Shown piece after piece: positions 34,901 through 49,900 of a DNA stretch of 64,000 nt (the first letter of the stretch is position 1; each line of letters opens with the position of its first letter). The translations under genes and the position numbers were made by a program. The notes under the pieces are model-generated. The model was given only the letters and a program-made list of their open reading frames with translations. It was not told the origin of the DNA and made no database searches. The stretch is from Euglena gracilis (Eukaryota), in assembly GCA_039621445.1 (NCBI GenBank), contig CP154954.1, forward strand, positions 46,355,847 through 46,419,846, given 5' to 3'.

Positions 34901-37900
34901 TACCACACGTCCATGTGGAGATTGTAGATTGTAGGCCTTTAATAGGTGCCCCACCACAGACACATCGCGGCACATGTGCAACGGCGGTAATGGGTGGACC
35001 TCGAAAACCCCCGCCGCTTGCCCCCCTGGCTTGAGTTTTGCTGCAACAGTCACATCAGGTGACGACGGGTGATTATGCTTCAGCAACCACCAAGGGGTGC
35101 TATGTTATCCCCCACAACCAGGACGGCAGACTGGGGGGGGGATGCTGTGAGTAATAGCAGCATCAGAAGTGTGGCCACAAATCTCACTGTTTTAGAGGCA
35201 GAGAATATTTAATTATTATATATGGTGGGGTTGCGTGAAAGCACTGGGACTTAACACCCAGATATTGTGCAACGCACTGGTGCGTTGCTTGTTTTCCGAG
35301 GAAACAATGAGACCGTGATAAAACAGAATAACGATTCCCGGCCGCAGGAAGATTAAACATGCAGAAATTTTAAATCCCAGAAGTCGTCATTTTTGAAGAA
35401 AAATGCCCAACAATCACGGGGGTTACACGTCATCAATTCCTCCCGGCAATTTCCAAACCAATGATGCGAAAACGATCGATCGTGCGGGTTGGAGATGCAC
35501 ACAGAGCAGAGACAAATTTTCTTTTGTCATAGGGTGTGTTCTCCTGCACATTTCGCATCACATGAAACTGGAATTTTTTTCACCACACAATAGTTTCAAA
35601 CGTTTTGCACCACAATGATCAGTGTGCGCAAGTGTGCACGCCAACTGTTATCGCGCAGGTATGGTCCAAATAGAAGTGCACCCCGTCGACGGAGGCGGCG
35701 GTCCGCTATAAGCGCACCTGTGCTTCTATTCGGGGGTTACATATTTTGTGTTAGCGGTTGGTGTGTGTTTTTTTCTCTGATTTAGCTGCACATCACATTG
35801 TCCAAATGGTGGAAAGTTGGTCTCCATCAAACAAATGTGTGGCACCCGGCAGTTACAGGCAGCAGGGACGTTCCAAAGCTCATAGTCGTAACAGCCAGGG
35901 TGCACAGCCCACCTGTTTGACAGACAAGAACACGAATCTGTCGCTCAGATACATCAGAAAGCTCGTTAGGATGATAAACTGGAACCTTCGTGTTTCCTAA
36001 TGTGTTTCATGAGGTGTGCATCCTACATGTTTCTGTTTCACCAAGTGCTATTTTTGCATATTTTTTGTTTGTTCTGCACATCTTTTGAGGTTGTTTATTT
36101 CAAGGAGTTTCCAGCCGCATGTTTGCCCTTTCTCACAAGTTCTTCCTGTCCCTTCTCGCGATCAAATCCCAGTACTCTATAAAAGGTGGCATTTCCCCCC
36201 CCCCGGGGGAGGTCGGATTTTGGGGTAGCAGTGCTATAGCACACTCCCTGGCACCGAAGATGCTGAGGCCTAAAAAATGGCCATTATCAAGGGAATTGCT
36301 TGGGCATCCCCCCCTCCCGGACCGGGGGGGGGGGGGGGGGTTCGGACCAGGGATTTTTTTTAAGTTTGGACGCCCGGGGGGGGGGGGGTAGGGTAGGGTG
36401 TGTGGGTCCGCCGGACCTCCTCCCCCCCCGTGGGGGGGTCCCCCCCGGAGTGATATACTTTTCGGGATATACTTTGGGGATATACTTTTCGGCGCCGCAG
36501 GCGCCGAAAAAATTCTATTTTTAGCACTTTTCGCGATTTTTCGGCCATTTTTTGTGGGTCCCCCGTACACCCTTCCCACCCCCCGGGGGGCCCCCCCCAG
36601 GGGGGTGGGTGGGTGGGGGGGACCCCCCCCTCCCCCCCGGTCTTAAAAAAAACCCTTGGTCGGACCCCCTTCACCTGACAAGGGGGTCCAGACCACCCCT
36701 GGGGGGTTCCCGGGACATTTTTTTTTCCCTTCTGGCACTTTGCACCGAAATTTTTTTGACAAATTTTGCCCAAAAGTGCCCATAATGGCATTTTTGGCTG
36801 TTTTGGGTTGTCAAAGTTTTCGGTCCAGCGCTTTGCACCCGGCTGAAAGTCAGTCACCTGGACCGCGTCACTGTTCAAGCGGGGGCCGTGTCCCTCCCCC
36901 TCTTTTAGTCAACCCGGGGGGGGGGGGTGCTTTGTGCGTCTTTTGGTCAATTTTTGGTTCTGGTTCAATTCCCAAGGTTTGCGATTGAGATGATACAAGG
37001 GAAATGATGAAGGACGTGAACAGGGTGTTTTGAATAGCTTTTTTTTTCTCTCCCACCATCATTCCATTCCTGTGCAGCTTGCTGATGATTTGATGGCGCT
37101 GTCACCAGAGGAGTTACGGATGAGGGCTATTCGTGAGTTTGGCCACCATTTTAGCCCAGATGTCTCAATTCCAGAAATGGTTCAGTGGTTCTGCATGAGA
37201 GACGGAACGTCTAGAATGGGTGTGCAGAAATCTTTGCCGTGTGTGATGTTCCCCGGTTCTTAAAACCTCAATCTCAACCTCAATCAAGAGATCATTTTTT
37301 TGGATTTTTATTTTGAATTGTTATCTCCCTCCCTCCCTCCCCAACCCCGACACCAGGGGCGTGGTTGCCGGATTGCCAACCGGTTGCCTGACTGCGCCCA
37401 GTTGATTCCTGAAAACTGGAAAAAGCCCAAATCCAACTGGGTTAAAAATTATCACCCAGAATTTCGAGGAAAAGCCCAAAGATAAAAACTCAAATGCCGT
37501 TTTTGGCCAATCCGAACCCTTTATCGGTCCAGCCCAGGTTCGCCAGGCTGGAAAAAAACCTCCAGGCTGGAGGTTCACAAGCCTCCAGCCTGGCTGGCGA
37601 ACCTCCAGCCAGGTAATTGTTGGCTGGAGAAGAAGGTTGTGGTTAGCTGAACTCCCCCACCAGAGGGTCGGGTCACCTTTGGCTTCAGAAATCGCTTGTC
37701 TCTGCAACAAACAATTAAGATTTTAAAGAAATCGACAAACATCAGGCAGGTGGGCTCCAACCCCTGCCACAGGAGGCAGTGCTTTAAACAATGATGGGGT
37801 TACCTCTGGCTGATCAGTTAACAGATTCATGTGATTATTTTTTGCCTCTCCCGCCAGAATAAAGTATCACTCATCTGCATGACCTTCTCGGAAATTTCAG

Positions 37901-40900
37901 AAAATGAATATGAAATTTAAATATGAATGTTTTTGCTCTTTTTGTGCCAAAAAAAAAATGGCTTTTTTTTTTTGTTTAACATTCTACATGTCTTTGGTGA
38001 GCATGGGAAGCAGGGAATTTCTTAAGCCGGAGGGTACCCTACCCCCCGGGGGGGGCCCAGCCAGCCAGCAGCTCAAATCCAGCCAGCAGCCCAAATTCGG
38101 GCTGGGAGCCCCCCCCCGGGGTCGAGTGAAATAAAGTCGGGTCCAGCCCGGCCGGAGGCCGGGCCAGCCGGCCGAAGGCCGGCCCAGCGGGCCGCAGGCC
38201 GGCCGGCCAACTGGGCTGTCCAGCTCACTTATCCCTGCATTTTTCCCCCTCATCACAGCCCCTCCATCACAGCCCCCCAGCCTTGATCTAGCTCCACCCA
38301 TCAAAATGTCGAAAATGGCCAAAATGTGTTAGAAAATTTTGTTTTTCCTCGACCCAGCCCAGCCCAGCCCGCTCCAGCCCCCGACCCCCCCCCCCCCCCC
38401 CCCCCGGGGGGGGGTCCAGCCAGCAGCTCAAATCCAGCCAGCAGCCTTTTTGCCAGCCGGAGGCTGGACCCCCCCGGGGGGTCCTTAAGAAATTCCCTGA
38501 TGGGAAGGTAACGTTCCTTTCAGAGGTGGACCCAGGGGAGGGCAGGGGGTTGACACCCACTGATCCACTTCCGACACAGCCCTGATGTGTATGTATGTGT
38601 ATGTATTGTGTGTATGTATGTGTATATTCCCAGATGTGTATGTATGTGTGTATTCAAAATGTCTCTGTTTTTGTCACAAATCTAAAATCTGTCTTTTACA
38701 CGACTGGCCTCGAATTTCCATGGATCTCTGCCCCAAAGCCCGAAGCAGGCTTGTGCTTAGTCGGGTGCCTAACCCACAGGGGGGGGGGGTGGGTGCTAGG
38801 GGCAGGCACCCCATAGCACCCGATCTGACTCCCCCCCCCGGGGGGGGCAGGCACCTATGGCCGACCAGGGCCGACCAGGGCCGACTTGCATGTGGTTGGC
38901 CGACGGAAGGGGAATGGATGAAGGAATTCAGCAGCTTTCCCTCTGGACCAAGCACCTCTGATGATGCTGGGCGATGCTGGGCGATGCAGGGCGATGCTGG
39001 CCCGGCAGCATCGACCGCGGGTTACCGCAGCCGACCGCAGCCGAACGCACCCAAACGCACCCGACCGCGCAACTTTTTTCTAATTGATGTCAATTTTTCA
39101 GTGAGAATGAGGAATCAGGCTCATTTTTATCCCAGATTTTGAGATTTTTCGGCTCATCTGGCTCATGTTGTCACTTTTGGCTGCTTTTGGTCGCTTTTGG
39201 CCATTTTTTAGGTCGCTTTTGTCCCCTGTTGGCCTCTGGATTTGCAAAAACAGTGGCCAAAACAGCTTTTCTTTGGCCTTTGCCCACTTTTGGCCATTTT
39301 TAACCATTTTCAGCCGACCGCAGTCACTGATTTGGCAAATATTGGGCTAATTTGGGTCAATATGAGCATATTTTATGGCATTTTGGCCATTTTGTGCTCT
39401 TTTGGTAATTTTGGATCATTTTTCACAATCTTTTTTTCTGTGACGGATACCCCCACCTATGGCCGACTATTTGCCGACTATTTGCCGACCAGGGCCGACC
39501 AGGGCCGACCAGGGCCGACCAGGGCCGACCAGAGCACCAAAATGGGAAGTGACCATAGGTGCCTGCCGGGGGGGGGGCAGGGTTTTGGGGGGTGCCTGCC
39601 CCTAGCAGGCACCCCCCTCCAACCCCGGCGCCAAAGGCGCCAGGGGCCGGAAACGGCTATTTTCAATGAAAATTTTCTGGGTCCGGCCCGGACCTATCCC
39701 CCCCCCCTATAGGGTGCCTGCTAGGGGCAGGCACCCTATAGCACCCACCCCCCCCCGGTTGGTAAGCACAAGCATGGCCCGAAGTTGAAAAGAACCATCG
39801 TTTACTCCCTCCCAGAAATTTCTGTTTTCGGCACGTTTTGGTAATTTCTGATTCACGAATACAAATACGAATCCTGTTGCATTCAGTATTGGGGCAGACG
39901 CCTGGTTGCATTTGCGGTGGTTTGGAGCAGAAGAATCTGTCAGTCATTGTTTACTCTTTTGCGGGACCTTTTGTTCAGGTGCCCCCCAGCACCACAGCCC
40001 CAACGATACCACGCTCCCCCCCTCCTCTGCCAAGCCATTTGCTCTCCCAAGGGACGCCCACTTTTTCCCCTCCATTCGCCACCCCCACCCCCTTCCCACC
40101 CCCTGTCAGGCCTGCCCCCATCCCCAGGCCCGCCGGCGAACTGTGCTCATTGCCCCCCTTTTTTCCCAGTGCGCGGGTTCAGAATGTCGTTGGGCACAGG
40201 CCACTCCCCGTCCCCCTCCCCCCTCACCGACCTTCGGATTTCGGCTCTTTTCAGCCACACGCCCCACTCCCAGTCCCGCAGGCCTCCTATGCCCCTCCTG
40301 TGGCTCCTCCCCAACCTGGATACTCTGCAGGTTTGTTTGTATCATGCAATGCTGTGAGGGAAGGGGAGGGGTTGCGCCTGTTGTCCCAGGGGTTCACTGG
40401 ATCTATGATTTAAATGGCCGCCCCATGCCACTGCCGGGGGTTGCCATGTTGTTGGAAAAGCGCCAGTGGACCCCAATGCTTATGAAGATGGAGATATTGT
40501 GAAGATTAATAACGATTATCATGAAGATGGGACCGACCCCCAAATCCCAAGGGACCATCATATGGCTGTTCTGACATTGGGTTATGTGCCAAGTTGTGTT
40601 TGACGTTAGCTGTAGTGAGTCTGGAGCAGTGACCATGTGTCTCTTGAAGGTTTTGCAGACCCCTGGCTGCAGCAGCTGCGAGTCAGCCCCAATTTCAGCC
40701 CAACCCAGCCGCTTACCTCCCTCCAAGTTGCTGCCAAAAAATTTCGGCACAAAGCGCCAAAAATTAGAGAAAGTGGTCGAAAATGGTGAAGGGGAAATGG
40801 TGTTTTTGAGAGTTTGAAGAGGAAACTGTGCCTTGCGGGTAATTTTTTTGGAGTTATCCAATTTCAGCCCAGCCCCACTCAGATACACCTGGGGTCTCCC

Positions 40901-43900
40901 CCCCAAGGGTGGGCTCACTGGCCAGTCCAACTTTCTAGCCCGAGCCCAGCAAATCCCCCCCGGGTCTTTAAAGAGATGTTTGGGTGCAACCCCTCCCGTA
41001 AAGAGATGTATGGCGTGGTTTAAGAGTGGGTGGTGGGTGGGTTGGGGCTGCTGGACCCCCCATGGTGTCCCACAGGTCAGTCTGGCCTGGCCAAAGGGGA
41101 TGCCGACACACGGTGTACGGCACACCGTGCACACCGTGTGTCTTTCAGCGCCAAAATATTTTTCAGAAAAAAATTGGCACTGATTTTTGGGCGAAAATCA
41201 ATCCGAAGCGCAAGAAAAATTGCAGTTTTGAACTGCTCACAAAAAAAGGCATTGGGCTGCTGTTTTTGCCGTCTTCGGTGTAGGTCTTTGTTGCCGTGAA
41301 GGTTGTCAGAAAATTGTTGATAATTATTTTTCATTTTGGGACAAATTTCATCGAAAGACGCATGGTGTGCAGGGTGTTTACGGTGTCCCACATGTTGTGC
41401 CGCACACCGTGTTTCGGCATCCCCAAAGGCCGTGCCAGAAATTCTTTTCGAGGGTTTTGGCCGATTCTGGGCATTTTTTGGTGGGTGGGTGGATTTTTGA
41501 ATAAAAAGCAGGTGGGTGGGCTTGGATGGGCATTGTTTTAACTCAAAAAAAATCCAAAAATTTAAGGCATTTGAAAGTGCCTTTTCTAGGGCAGTCCGAA
41601 GGCTGTCTGGGCATTGAACCAACGTTTTTGATTGTGCACGGGGATCAAAATAATAAAACAAGTCCAAAAACACATTTTTTTTGCGTTTTGGCTGGATGGA
41701 AATGTGCCAGAAATAATTTTTCTTCCCTAAGTTGGCCTCAGAAATGCCATTGAAATGCGGTCTAAAATAGGCTTAAAGTTGGCAGAAACTGGCCCAGAAT
41801 CGTAATGCAACTCCAGCGCATTGGTGGACCACCCAAATCCAACAGTGAAACGTATGCTTTGCTAAGCCCAGGTGTATTTCTAGCAGCAAAATATGTTGTG
41901 TTTCTGCTTTTGGCGTGAGACAAATCTTTGGACCACATCGAGCTGTTTGTTTGTTTGTTTGTTTTTCGGCGCATAAATTGAAGCATATGGTCCAGGTATT
42001 TTTTTAAGTTTGGACCCCGGGGGGGAGGGGGAGGGGTAGGGTGGGTGGGTCCGCCGGACCCCCTCCCCCCCCCCCGGGGGGGTCCCCCCGGAGGGGGGTG
42101 GGATTTACTTTTCGGCGCCGCAGGCGCCGAAAAAATTCTATTTTTAGCACTTTTCGCGATTTTTTGGCCATTTTTTTGTGGGTCCCCCGGGACCCCCTCC
42201 CCCCCCGGGGGGGCCCCCCCCCAGGGGGGTGGGTGGGTGGGGGGGGGGACCCCCCGGTCTTAAAAAAACCCCTGATATGGTCCAGTCTCTGAGTTTTGGT
42301 TGCCGGTTTAGTCGTAGTCCCTTCACTGTCCCTTCCCTCACCGCACAGGTCCATCACCACTGGATACTTCAAGGTTGCCCAGTGTCGTGCACGCCCTTTT
42401 GGCCAAGACCCGGTCCACACCCATGCTTACCCGAGCCCTGCTGCTGTGAAAGAAACGGGTGCCGTGTTTCATTTAAACTTGTTCGTCCGGCAAATCCCCC
42501 TTGCTGCGCAATGGTGTGCTGCCGTCAAGGGCTCCCGTCAGCCCTGCCGAGGCCCCGCTGGATTTCCAGTTTGTGAAGGACTACTTGCCAGGGTTCGCTT
42601 CAGGGAATTATCTGTGGAGGCTTTTTTCTTTTTTTTCCAACTCAGAAGACCCCCCCCCCCCGGGTCTGAGGCCGGACCCCCCCCTTCCCAGGCCGAGTTA
42701 TGGGTTTTGGCAAGAAGTGCTGGAAAAATTTTGTGAACCAAGGACGGATATTGGATATCGGCCCATACGGGTTTATCGAAAATCTTGAATTTATCAGGTC
42801 CCGAAGAAATATCGTGAAATATCGGCTTTATTTGGGGGGGGGGGGTAACGCACTTTTGTTGTTTTTTTTAGGCGATTTTTGGATTCTCCAAATCACAAAA
42901 ATGAGGGTATCGGGGCACAAAATGATCATATCGGTTTATTGATTTTTATCAAGGATATCGGGGTGTCAGTCTATCCAAATTTATCGGAACCCCCCCCCCC
43001 TAAAACCAATATCAATATCCATCCTTGAGTGAATTGCTTTCAGATGGCCCGATTTTGTGGGGAGGGGGCAGGCTGGGTGGGTGGGGGCAACCCCCGGGGC
43101 CAGAAAAAGACGCTTGGTCTGTGGAATCTTTGGCAGGTCTGGTGGTCTGAGCCAGTCGGGAGCGACCCCCTGCCCCCACTCCAGCTTGGAAAAGCTGACC
43201 CAGCCCGAGAAGTGGACCATCGACACCCTGACCAGCATCGCCAAGGACGCCATGGATGATCATGCCAAGGAGATTGTGTATGCAATTGAAAGGTATGATG
43301 TGAATGTGTATGAGAGGTTTTAGCGTCGAATGCTAAACCCGCCCCCAAATAATAACCCCCCCAAATAATACCCCCCCCCCCCGAGGACCAACGTCAGCCA
43401 CCCAAGTAATAAACCCTCCTCTCTTGCAGCTGTGAAGGCATTAAAAAGAGGGAAAAAGCAGCAGAGATGTTGCAAAAAGGACCACAAAAATGGATGAAAT
43501 TGGTGCAGAAAATATGCAAAAAAGAACCAATTTTTTTTTCAAAAAGGACCAACAATTCCGAAAATGTGACCATTGGAGCCTCTGGAGGGGTTTTTGGGTC
43601 GATTTTTGACTTCGAATTTCCCCCCCCCCCAAATAATGGGCCCCCAAATAATTACCCCCCCCCCCCTAGACCCACCCAGACTTCGAGTGTCCAAATAATG
43701 ATTCACCGGGGGGGGGGTTATATTTGGGGTGTTTATATGGCACCTGGTCTATTCAATGTCGCCGCCTGTGTTGGGGGCCCAGGGGGGGGGGGGGAGGGAG
43801 TCCAGGCAAAAAATTGTCAGTCGCCCTGAAAAAACCAGTCACCCACCCCTCGGGGGGTCAGCCTGTGACTAAGCGCTTGTAAGCTCCCAACACAAATGTA

Positions 43901-46900
43901 TGTTTTTTATTGCCGGAATTGGATTGATCGACACAAAAAGCACATAAACAGTAGTCAAAAGAATCTTAAATTTCAAAAACTAGCTGGTTTCAATAAAATT
44001 TTGAGGGAGGGTTTGGTGCATTAGGTGTATTATCAGATATGGTGAAACAGCACCAAAAGCTGTTGTCCATCTCCTTTCAGCTTCTGGAAATATTTTATCA
44101 CAAATCTATTTTCTTTTGATCTGAAGGTCCCTCTATCTCAAACAGCCTTTTCACCAAAGAAGTCCCTGGACCGTCAGCATTCCAGGAACTGGCGGTGCTT
44201 GGAGAAAAGAAACAAGCCCGGAACAACATGTACACACCGCACAACACGATCGCGCGCGCATATGCGCACTTCCTCGTGCGCACCCATGACCCCCCCAATC
44301 GCACACATATGCGCTTGATGTGACGAATCGCGCACATGTGCGCACAATCTGATCCCTCCAGTATGGTGTGTGTCTTGGTGCTGGGAAAGGGGGGGGGGTC
44401 GGCAAATGACCACAAAAGTGACCTTGTGGTGAAGGACCCGGAAATTTTTTTGACCTGTTTTTCACATTTGTGGTTCCTTTGGATTCCAGAGTCACCCACG
44501 CCACTTTTTTCGGAACACCAGTCAGTCACTACGATCAGCCACCTGGGAGGGCTGACTGGTTTTTGAAACAGAAGTGATTCCCGGGGGTCAGAAATAATTG
44601 TATGGTTGAGAGATGGCTGGTTTGCACTTCTTCTTGCCGTCAAGAACCTCTTTGTTGATCCGAACAGGAGGATCTACAGCGCAACTGGTGATGCTAAATT
44701 GGCCGCTTGGTATCTGTTGGATTCCATTGCGAAGAACGTTGGTGGAGTCTATGTGAACCGATTCGCTGAGCATTTACCCAAAATGGCCTGCCGGAATATG
44801 CAAATCACTGGTGTCATTCCTCCCTTTCATCCTCCCTTGTTTGTGATACCACCCTCTGTCACCAGGGTGTCTTCCACTGATTCTTCCGAAAGAGCATTGC
44901 CATTTATAATCCCCGTCTCTGAATTAAAGTGCTGGTGCATTGATGGCAGACCGCCGCTTTCAGCAGCGGGAGTTGTGTTTCTATTTTTTGGACCTGTTTG
45001 ATACCTTTTTTGGACCTGTTTGATTTCTGTTTATTTCTGGAGGCTTCCCATTAAAATTGGGGGTGCGCGCGCGGTGGACCGGACCGAGGGCAGACTTGTG
45101 GTGGTCCCACGCTTCTATTGGTTCCACAATATTGGGAAATATCTTTTTTAGGGAAGCAAACAGGGCACCAAGGTTTTCCACATTGCCAAATAACAGGTAC
45201 CCAGAGGGCCAGGGTCAGTACGAGAGCTGTCCAGTGGTCTTTCCGGGGTGGCATCTCTGTGCCACCGCAGGGTCCAATCAGCAGAAGTATGCAAAACTCC
45301 TGCGGACGTGGGCGGAGATGGCCGTCTTCCCTCCGGAGGTCTTCCAACGCATCAAAGAGGAGGCAGCTCGGGCAGCCCAGCAGGAGAAAGAGAAGAAAAG
45401 TCGGGAGCGTGGACGGCAAGGAAACGAAGAGGCCTTTTGCCAGACAGGTCCATCGTCGCTCCTCACGCGCTTTGGGCACGCCACATCAAGCTGAATTCAG
45501 GGGGGAGTGTGCGGCAAAAATGCCACAAAAAGCGCAGTTTTTTTTTTGCCAAGCCAACCTCACAAATGATTGAACAATTATCAAGGTGGGGTTGCAAGAT
45601 TTTTCCTGCATCGTTGCCACAGAAAGACAGCAATGTCAGTTTCATATCCATGAATATCCATACTAGGGATCCCCCATCTTCTCAAAGTCGGACGAACGAT
45701 TGGTATGCAATGCCTTCATTTCCAAGTGGATAAACCCACCATTCATGAACCCCTGGGGTTGGTGGGATCTGGTTTGGTTTATCAGCCAAAGGGACAAAGG
45801 GCCAAAGGGCCAACAGTTCCTTACATCAAGGAATTGTTGATCAAAGCAGATCTCCAAAATCAGATCCCCAAAACGATCCAATGCACCCTTCCAAATACCC
45901 ATTTCCCCCAAAATTTCAAAAATGGTGTGTGTGTATATATATATATATATATTAAAAAAATTATATATGTATATATATATATATATATGGCAGGCGGGTA
46001 GCAGGCCCCCCCCGGGGGGGGGCCTCCCTGCTACCCACGACCCTGCACTGGGGTGTTGGGGTTACTGAAGGAGTGGGGTTTGGGTCCCGGCTGGCCGGCC
46101 TCTCCAGGACGCACATCCCCTCCCCACAATGTTTGGCCTCTGCCACGCGTGCTCCCCCCAGGACTGAACATTGCCACTGTTGGGGTCACCACACAGGGAT
46201 GGGCAAATCCCTTGTGGGGGCCGACCGTTCGGCGGCCTTTATCTTTCTTCACCCCTGCCTGTCTGCCGCCTTTGGGAATCGCACAGCATGGCCCAAGGGA
46301 GGGCGCGGGGGGGGGGATGTGCGTCCCGGAGAGGCCGGCCAGCCGGGACCCAAACCCCACTCCTTCAGTATCTCCAACAACCCCAGTGCAGGGTCGTAGG
46401 TAGCAGGGCCCTCCCAGGGGCCCCCCCTGCTACCCGCCTGCCATATATATGTGTATGTATGTATGTATGTATTGTATGTATGTATGTATGTATGTATGTA
46501 TGTATGTATGTATGTATGTATGTATGTATGTATGTATGTATGTATGTATGGCATCTGTGATTCAGGATCCGTGCTTATCCTGAAATGGATAACTCTGGAT
46601 AACTACAGATAAGAACGGAGAAGTGCGAAACCCGAAATACGGATGACCATGGATAAACTACGGATAAATATGGATATGTATGGATAAATGTGGATAACTA
46701 TGGATATGGGGTCTGGCATAACTGAGGAGGGCTTTTGACTGAGAGGACGGGAGGTGTTTCATGCATCGTGCACATCAGCATTTGGATGCCAGTCAAATTC
46801 TTTTGATTGGTATTTGGACGTCTCAGAAGTTGCATTTAATCTGCTTTTCCTCATTGCATTTCATTGCATTTTTTTTGGGTGTTTGTCCCAGTCAATAACC

Positions 46901-49900
46901 TCCCCCCTAAAAAGTGCACGGGTGCGCGTATTTTAAGGACATAGTTTCGTACCCTGCAGGGGTGCGTGCACTCATTGGGGCACTGCTCACGGCAAGGCAC
47001 AAAATAATAAATTTTCCACCACTCTTGAACAGTTTTTCCTGTTCTTGTGATGTCAAGCAATGAGTCAGGTGACTATGTGTCAAATTTGGGCTCAGATGAT
47101 AGAAGTATTTGGTCTGAGGAAGACAGTATTGAGAAGGAACTTAAAGTCAGCATAATTGTGTGTGCTCTGACCTGATGTGGCAACAGTTTCTCCTTTGGGG
47201 GCATGCACTTTTTAGGGAGGTAGTTTGGGACCCTTTGGTGGTGCGCATTAATTGGGGCACCTCACATAATTAGGGCACTGTGCACTTATCAGGGGGGTTA
47301 CAAGCGTTTTTGCAATTACAAATAATTACAGATAATTATGGACAACTATGGATGACTATGGATGAGGATTTGACCCCCAACGATGGATAAGCACCAACCC
47401 CTGTGTGTGTGTGTGTGTTATTTTCACAAAGTCTCAATGCTGTTATATGTTTCATATATGATTAGCAGGGCTCAGCTTGTTGAATGTGGGGCGGGTGTTT
47501 CATAGGACCGGGCTTGCTGAAAAAAATTCTTTTTGACGTACCCCCTCCCCCTAAATGAACCCCCCTGCCCCACTGTTTCTCTGATTTGAGATTCATTGTT
47601 GCTCATTCATGTTTCAGTTGTCTTCCAATAATGGCAGCTCTGTGAAGGTTTTGAATTGCAGATTACATCTTTCAATGTAATATTCTGCTTTTTTTATGCG
47701 ACCTTTAGAGCATGCAGCTCATGACGCTGGGCCAGTCGGAGGAGCAGCTCGCATGCAGCATTCTCCTCCACGAGATCGTATGTTCTTTTGCTTTCCAGTT
47801 GAAGTTTTTATCCATTTTCCCTTGTCTTGGAGGTTTTCCAGTTGCATTGGTGGCAACTAAAGATGAGAATGCATGCTTTGAAGAAAATGGCCTTGTCTCA
47901 TACTGTATGTGATGATTTGACTAAAAGGTTCAAAAGTGGTCTTCTGTTTTTTTTTATTGGGGCAACCGGATGACCAGGGTTTGATATAAGGAGGGCGTAC
48001 ATGGTTTAGGTGGGGGGTGTCCCCCCCACCCCCCCTCCTGGCCCGCAGGGGGGGGGGGGGCGGACCACCCCCCCACCTGTCCTTATATCAAACCCTGCGG
48101 ATGACCCAAAATGTTATCTCGTGGTTTTGATGTGTGTCACAGAATACTCTTTTGCAAATGATTTCTGAATGGGCACCCCTTTTTTGTTACATATGTCAGC
48201 TAGAACCAGGCCCGACCAGGGGCCAACCGGATCTACAAAATTAGCTTGGCAAAAAGGCCATCTCCCAAAACCCTTTATGCTTCTGTTCATCAATGCTGTA
48301 AATATGTCGACAGACAGGGTTGAATCATATAACTCTTGCCCCGGGACAGGCGCCTTTTCGCTGAATGGGGCACCTCTTTTCAGGGCCCCAACCCCATCCT
48401 CCCGACGACCTCGTCAGTCTGGCGTCGACGTTGCCGAAACCCCCAGAGGACCTTGTGGCCTGGCTGTGGCACAGGATTCTCTGCCAGAAACCCGCCACCC
48501 CCTTGCTGTGTATGAGGTCCGACACGTCATCGTTGGAATGACCAACTTCCAATTGCATCTTCGCCTTTGAGAGAGGCCATCAATTCTCCCACTCACCTGC
48601 CCAACTGATGTGTGATCGCTGGGTGCAATAGACGTGGAGGTTTGGCCGCCGTTGACATTGCTGGGCCGCCGCATTGCCAGTGCCGAACCTCCGGCGAGTC
48701 AGAGCACAGAGCGTTGCGAACGCTGTTGCATTCCGGGTCGCCCACTCCGTTCGGTGTGCCCCGGCTTGCCCCGGCCCTGGTGGACGAGGGCGCGCCCACC
48801 CCTGGCACGGCCCCACCGCTGCCCCCCATGCCACCCCCACCCGCCGCCTTCCGGAGCGAGGGCCTGGGGCCCACCCCGCCCCGCCCAGCCTGGCCTCTGG
48901 TGGCAAACAGGAAGCCTTGGCTGCGACCGGCCGCTGCCTCCCCCCAGCCTGCGAGACTACGGAGCACCACTCCCACCGACGCCTCCCCCCCTGCCCCCGG
49001 GTCCCCCAGTGCACCTCTCAGTGCAGCACCATTCAGGCAATCTGGGCCATTCTGGGTTGGTGGGTTCCCAGTCAAAAAAACAGTGTTTTCCAGTTCAACG
49101 CATGGCAAGCCAAGCTGTGGTGGACCGCCATCCAATGGACAAGAAATATGGCTTTTGCTCAGAAAGTGGACGTTCATTTGTTGCGAGGGAGAAAGTCCGC
49201 CCCACATCCGGCTTCTCCTGTGCCTTGTGCCTCCCTCCGGCCCCGGCGGCCTGCGACGCCCCTCGCCGTTTGCTGTCGGGGACGGGGCCCTCCCGCTCCC
49301 CCCGGTTCCGCCCCCGTCCTCCTCCCTGCTGGCGGTGGACCCCGAGCTGGCCCTGCTGCAAGAGCGGCACCGCCCGGGACATTGCCAAAGGGGACGCCGT
49401 GTACCCAGTGGAGGGGTGGGCCCCCAACGGACTCTGGAGGAACCCTCCTTCGCCCTGGACTGCTTGTTTTCCCCCCCCAAAATGCACTACCGACGCAGTG
49501 TGCCTCAGATACCCCTGGGTTTTTTGCAGAAATGGCATTGGTTGATGTTTGCCCGCAGGCGGGCAAACATCATTGCCGAGGGCGCACGTTACCGGGACTC
49601 AGAGACGTTGCAGGGACTTGGGGGCAGGCCCTTTTTTTTGGCTTGTAAGACCCCCTCCCCTGTGCGCGCGCATGTTCACTCACCACACGGAACACACCCG
49701 GCCAGATGCGAAGTCCGCGCTGGCATTAAAAAAATGAACAAACAAGAAACCTTTTTTGCATCAAAAGGGGGTCCGGAGCCAGGCTGAGTGGGGAACCCCT
49801 GGGGAAGTCTTCAAAAGAAGCCTGCTTGGGGGTACGGGTTGTGGTGGAACGCGACGCCCTGGCGCCGCCTACAGCTTCTCCAGCTGGAGAGGGAGAGGGA

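Noticed and set aside
34200-35100. Possible antisense nested gene fragments with splice-like boundaries
   Set aside because: No recognisable domain, strand is ambiguous, and a plus-strand exon (GDQKSVWLAKLEK) is equally possible.
41762-41986. Possible hAT transposase remnant (PMRWSCITILGQFL)
   Set aside because: A single weak motif with no supporting catalytic blocks.
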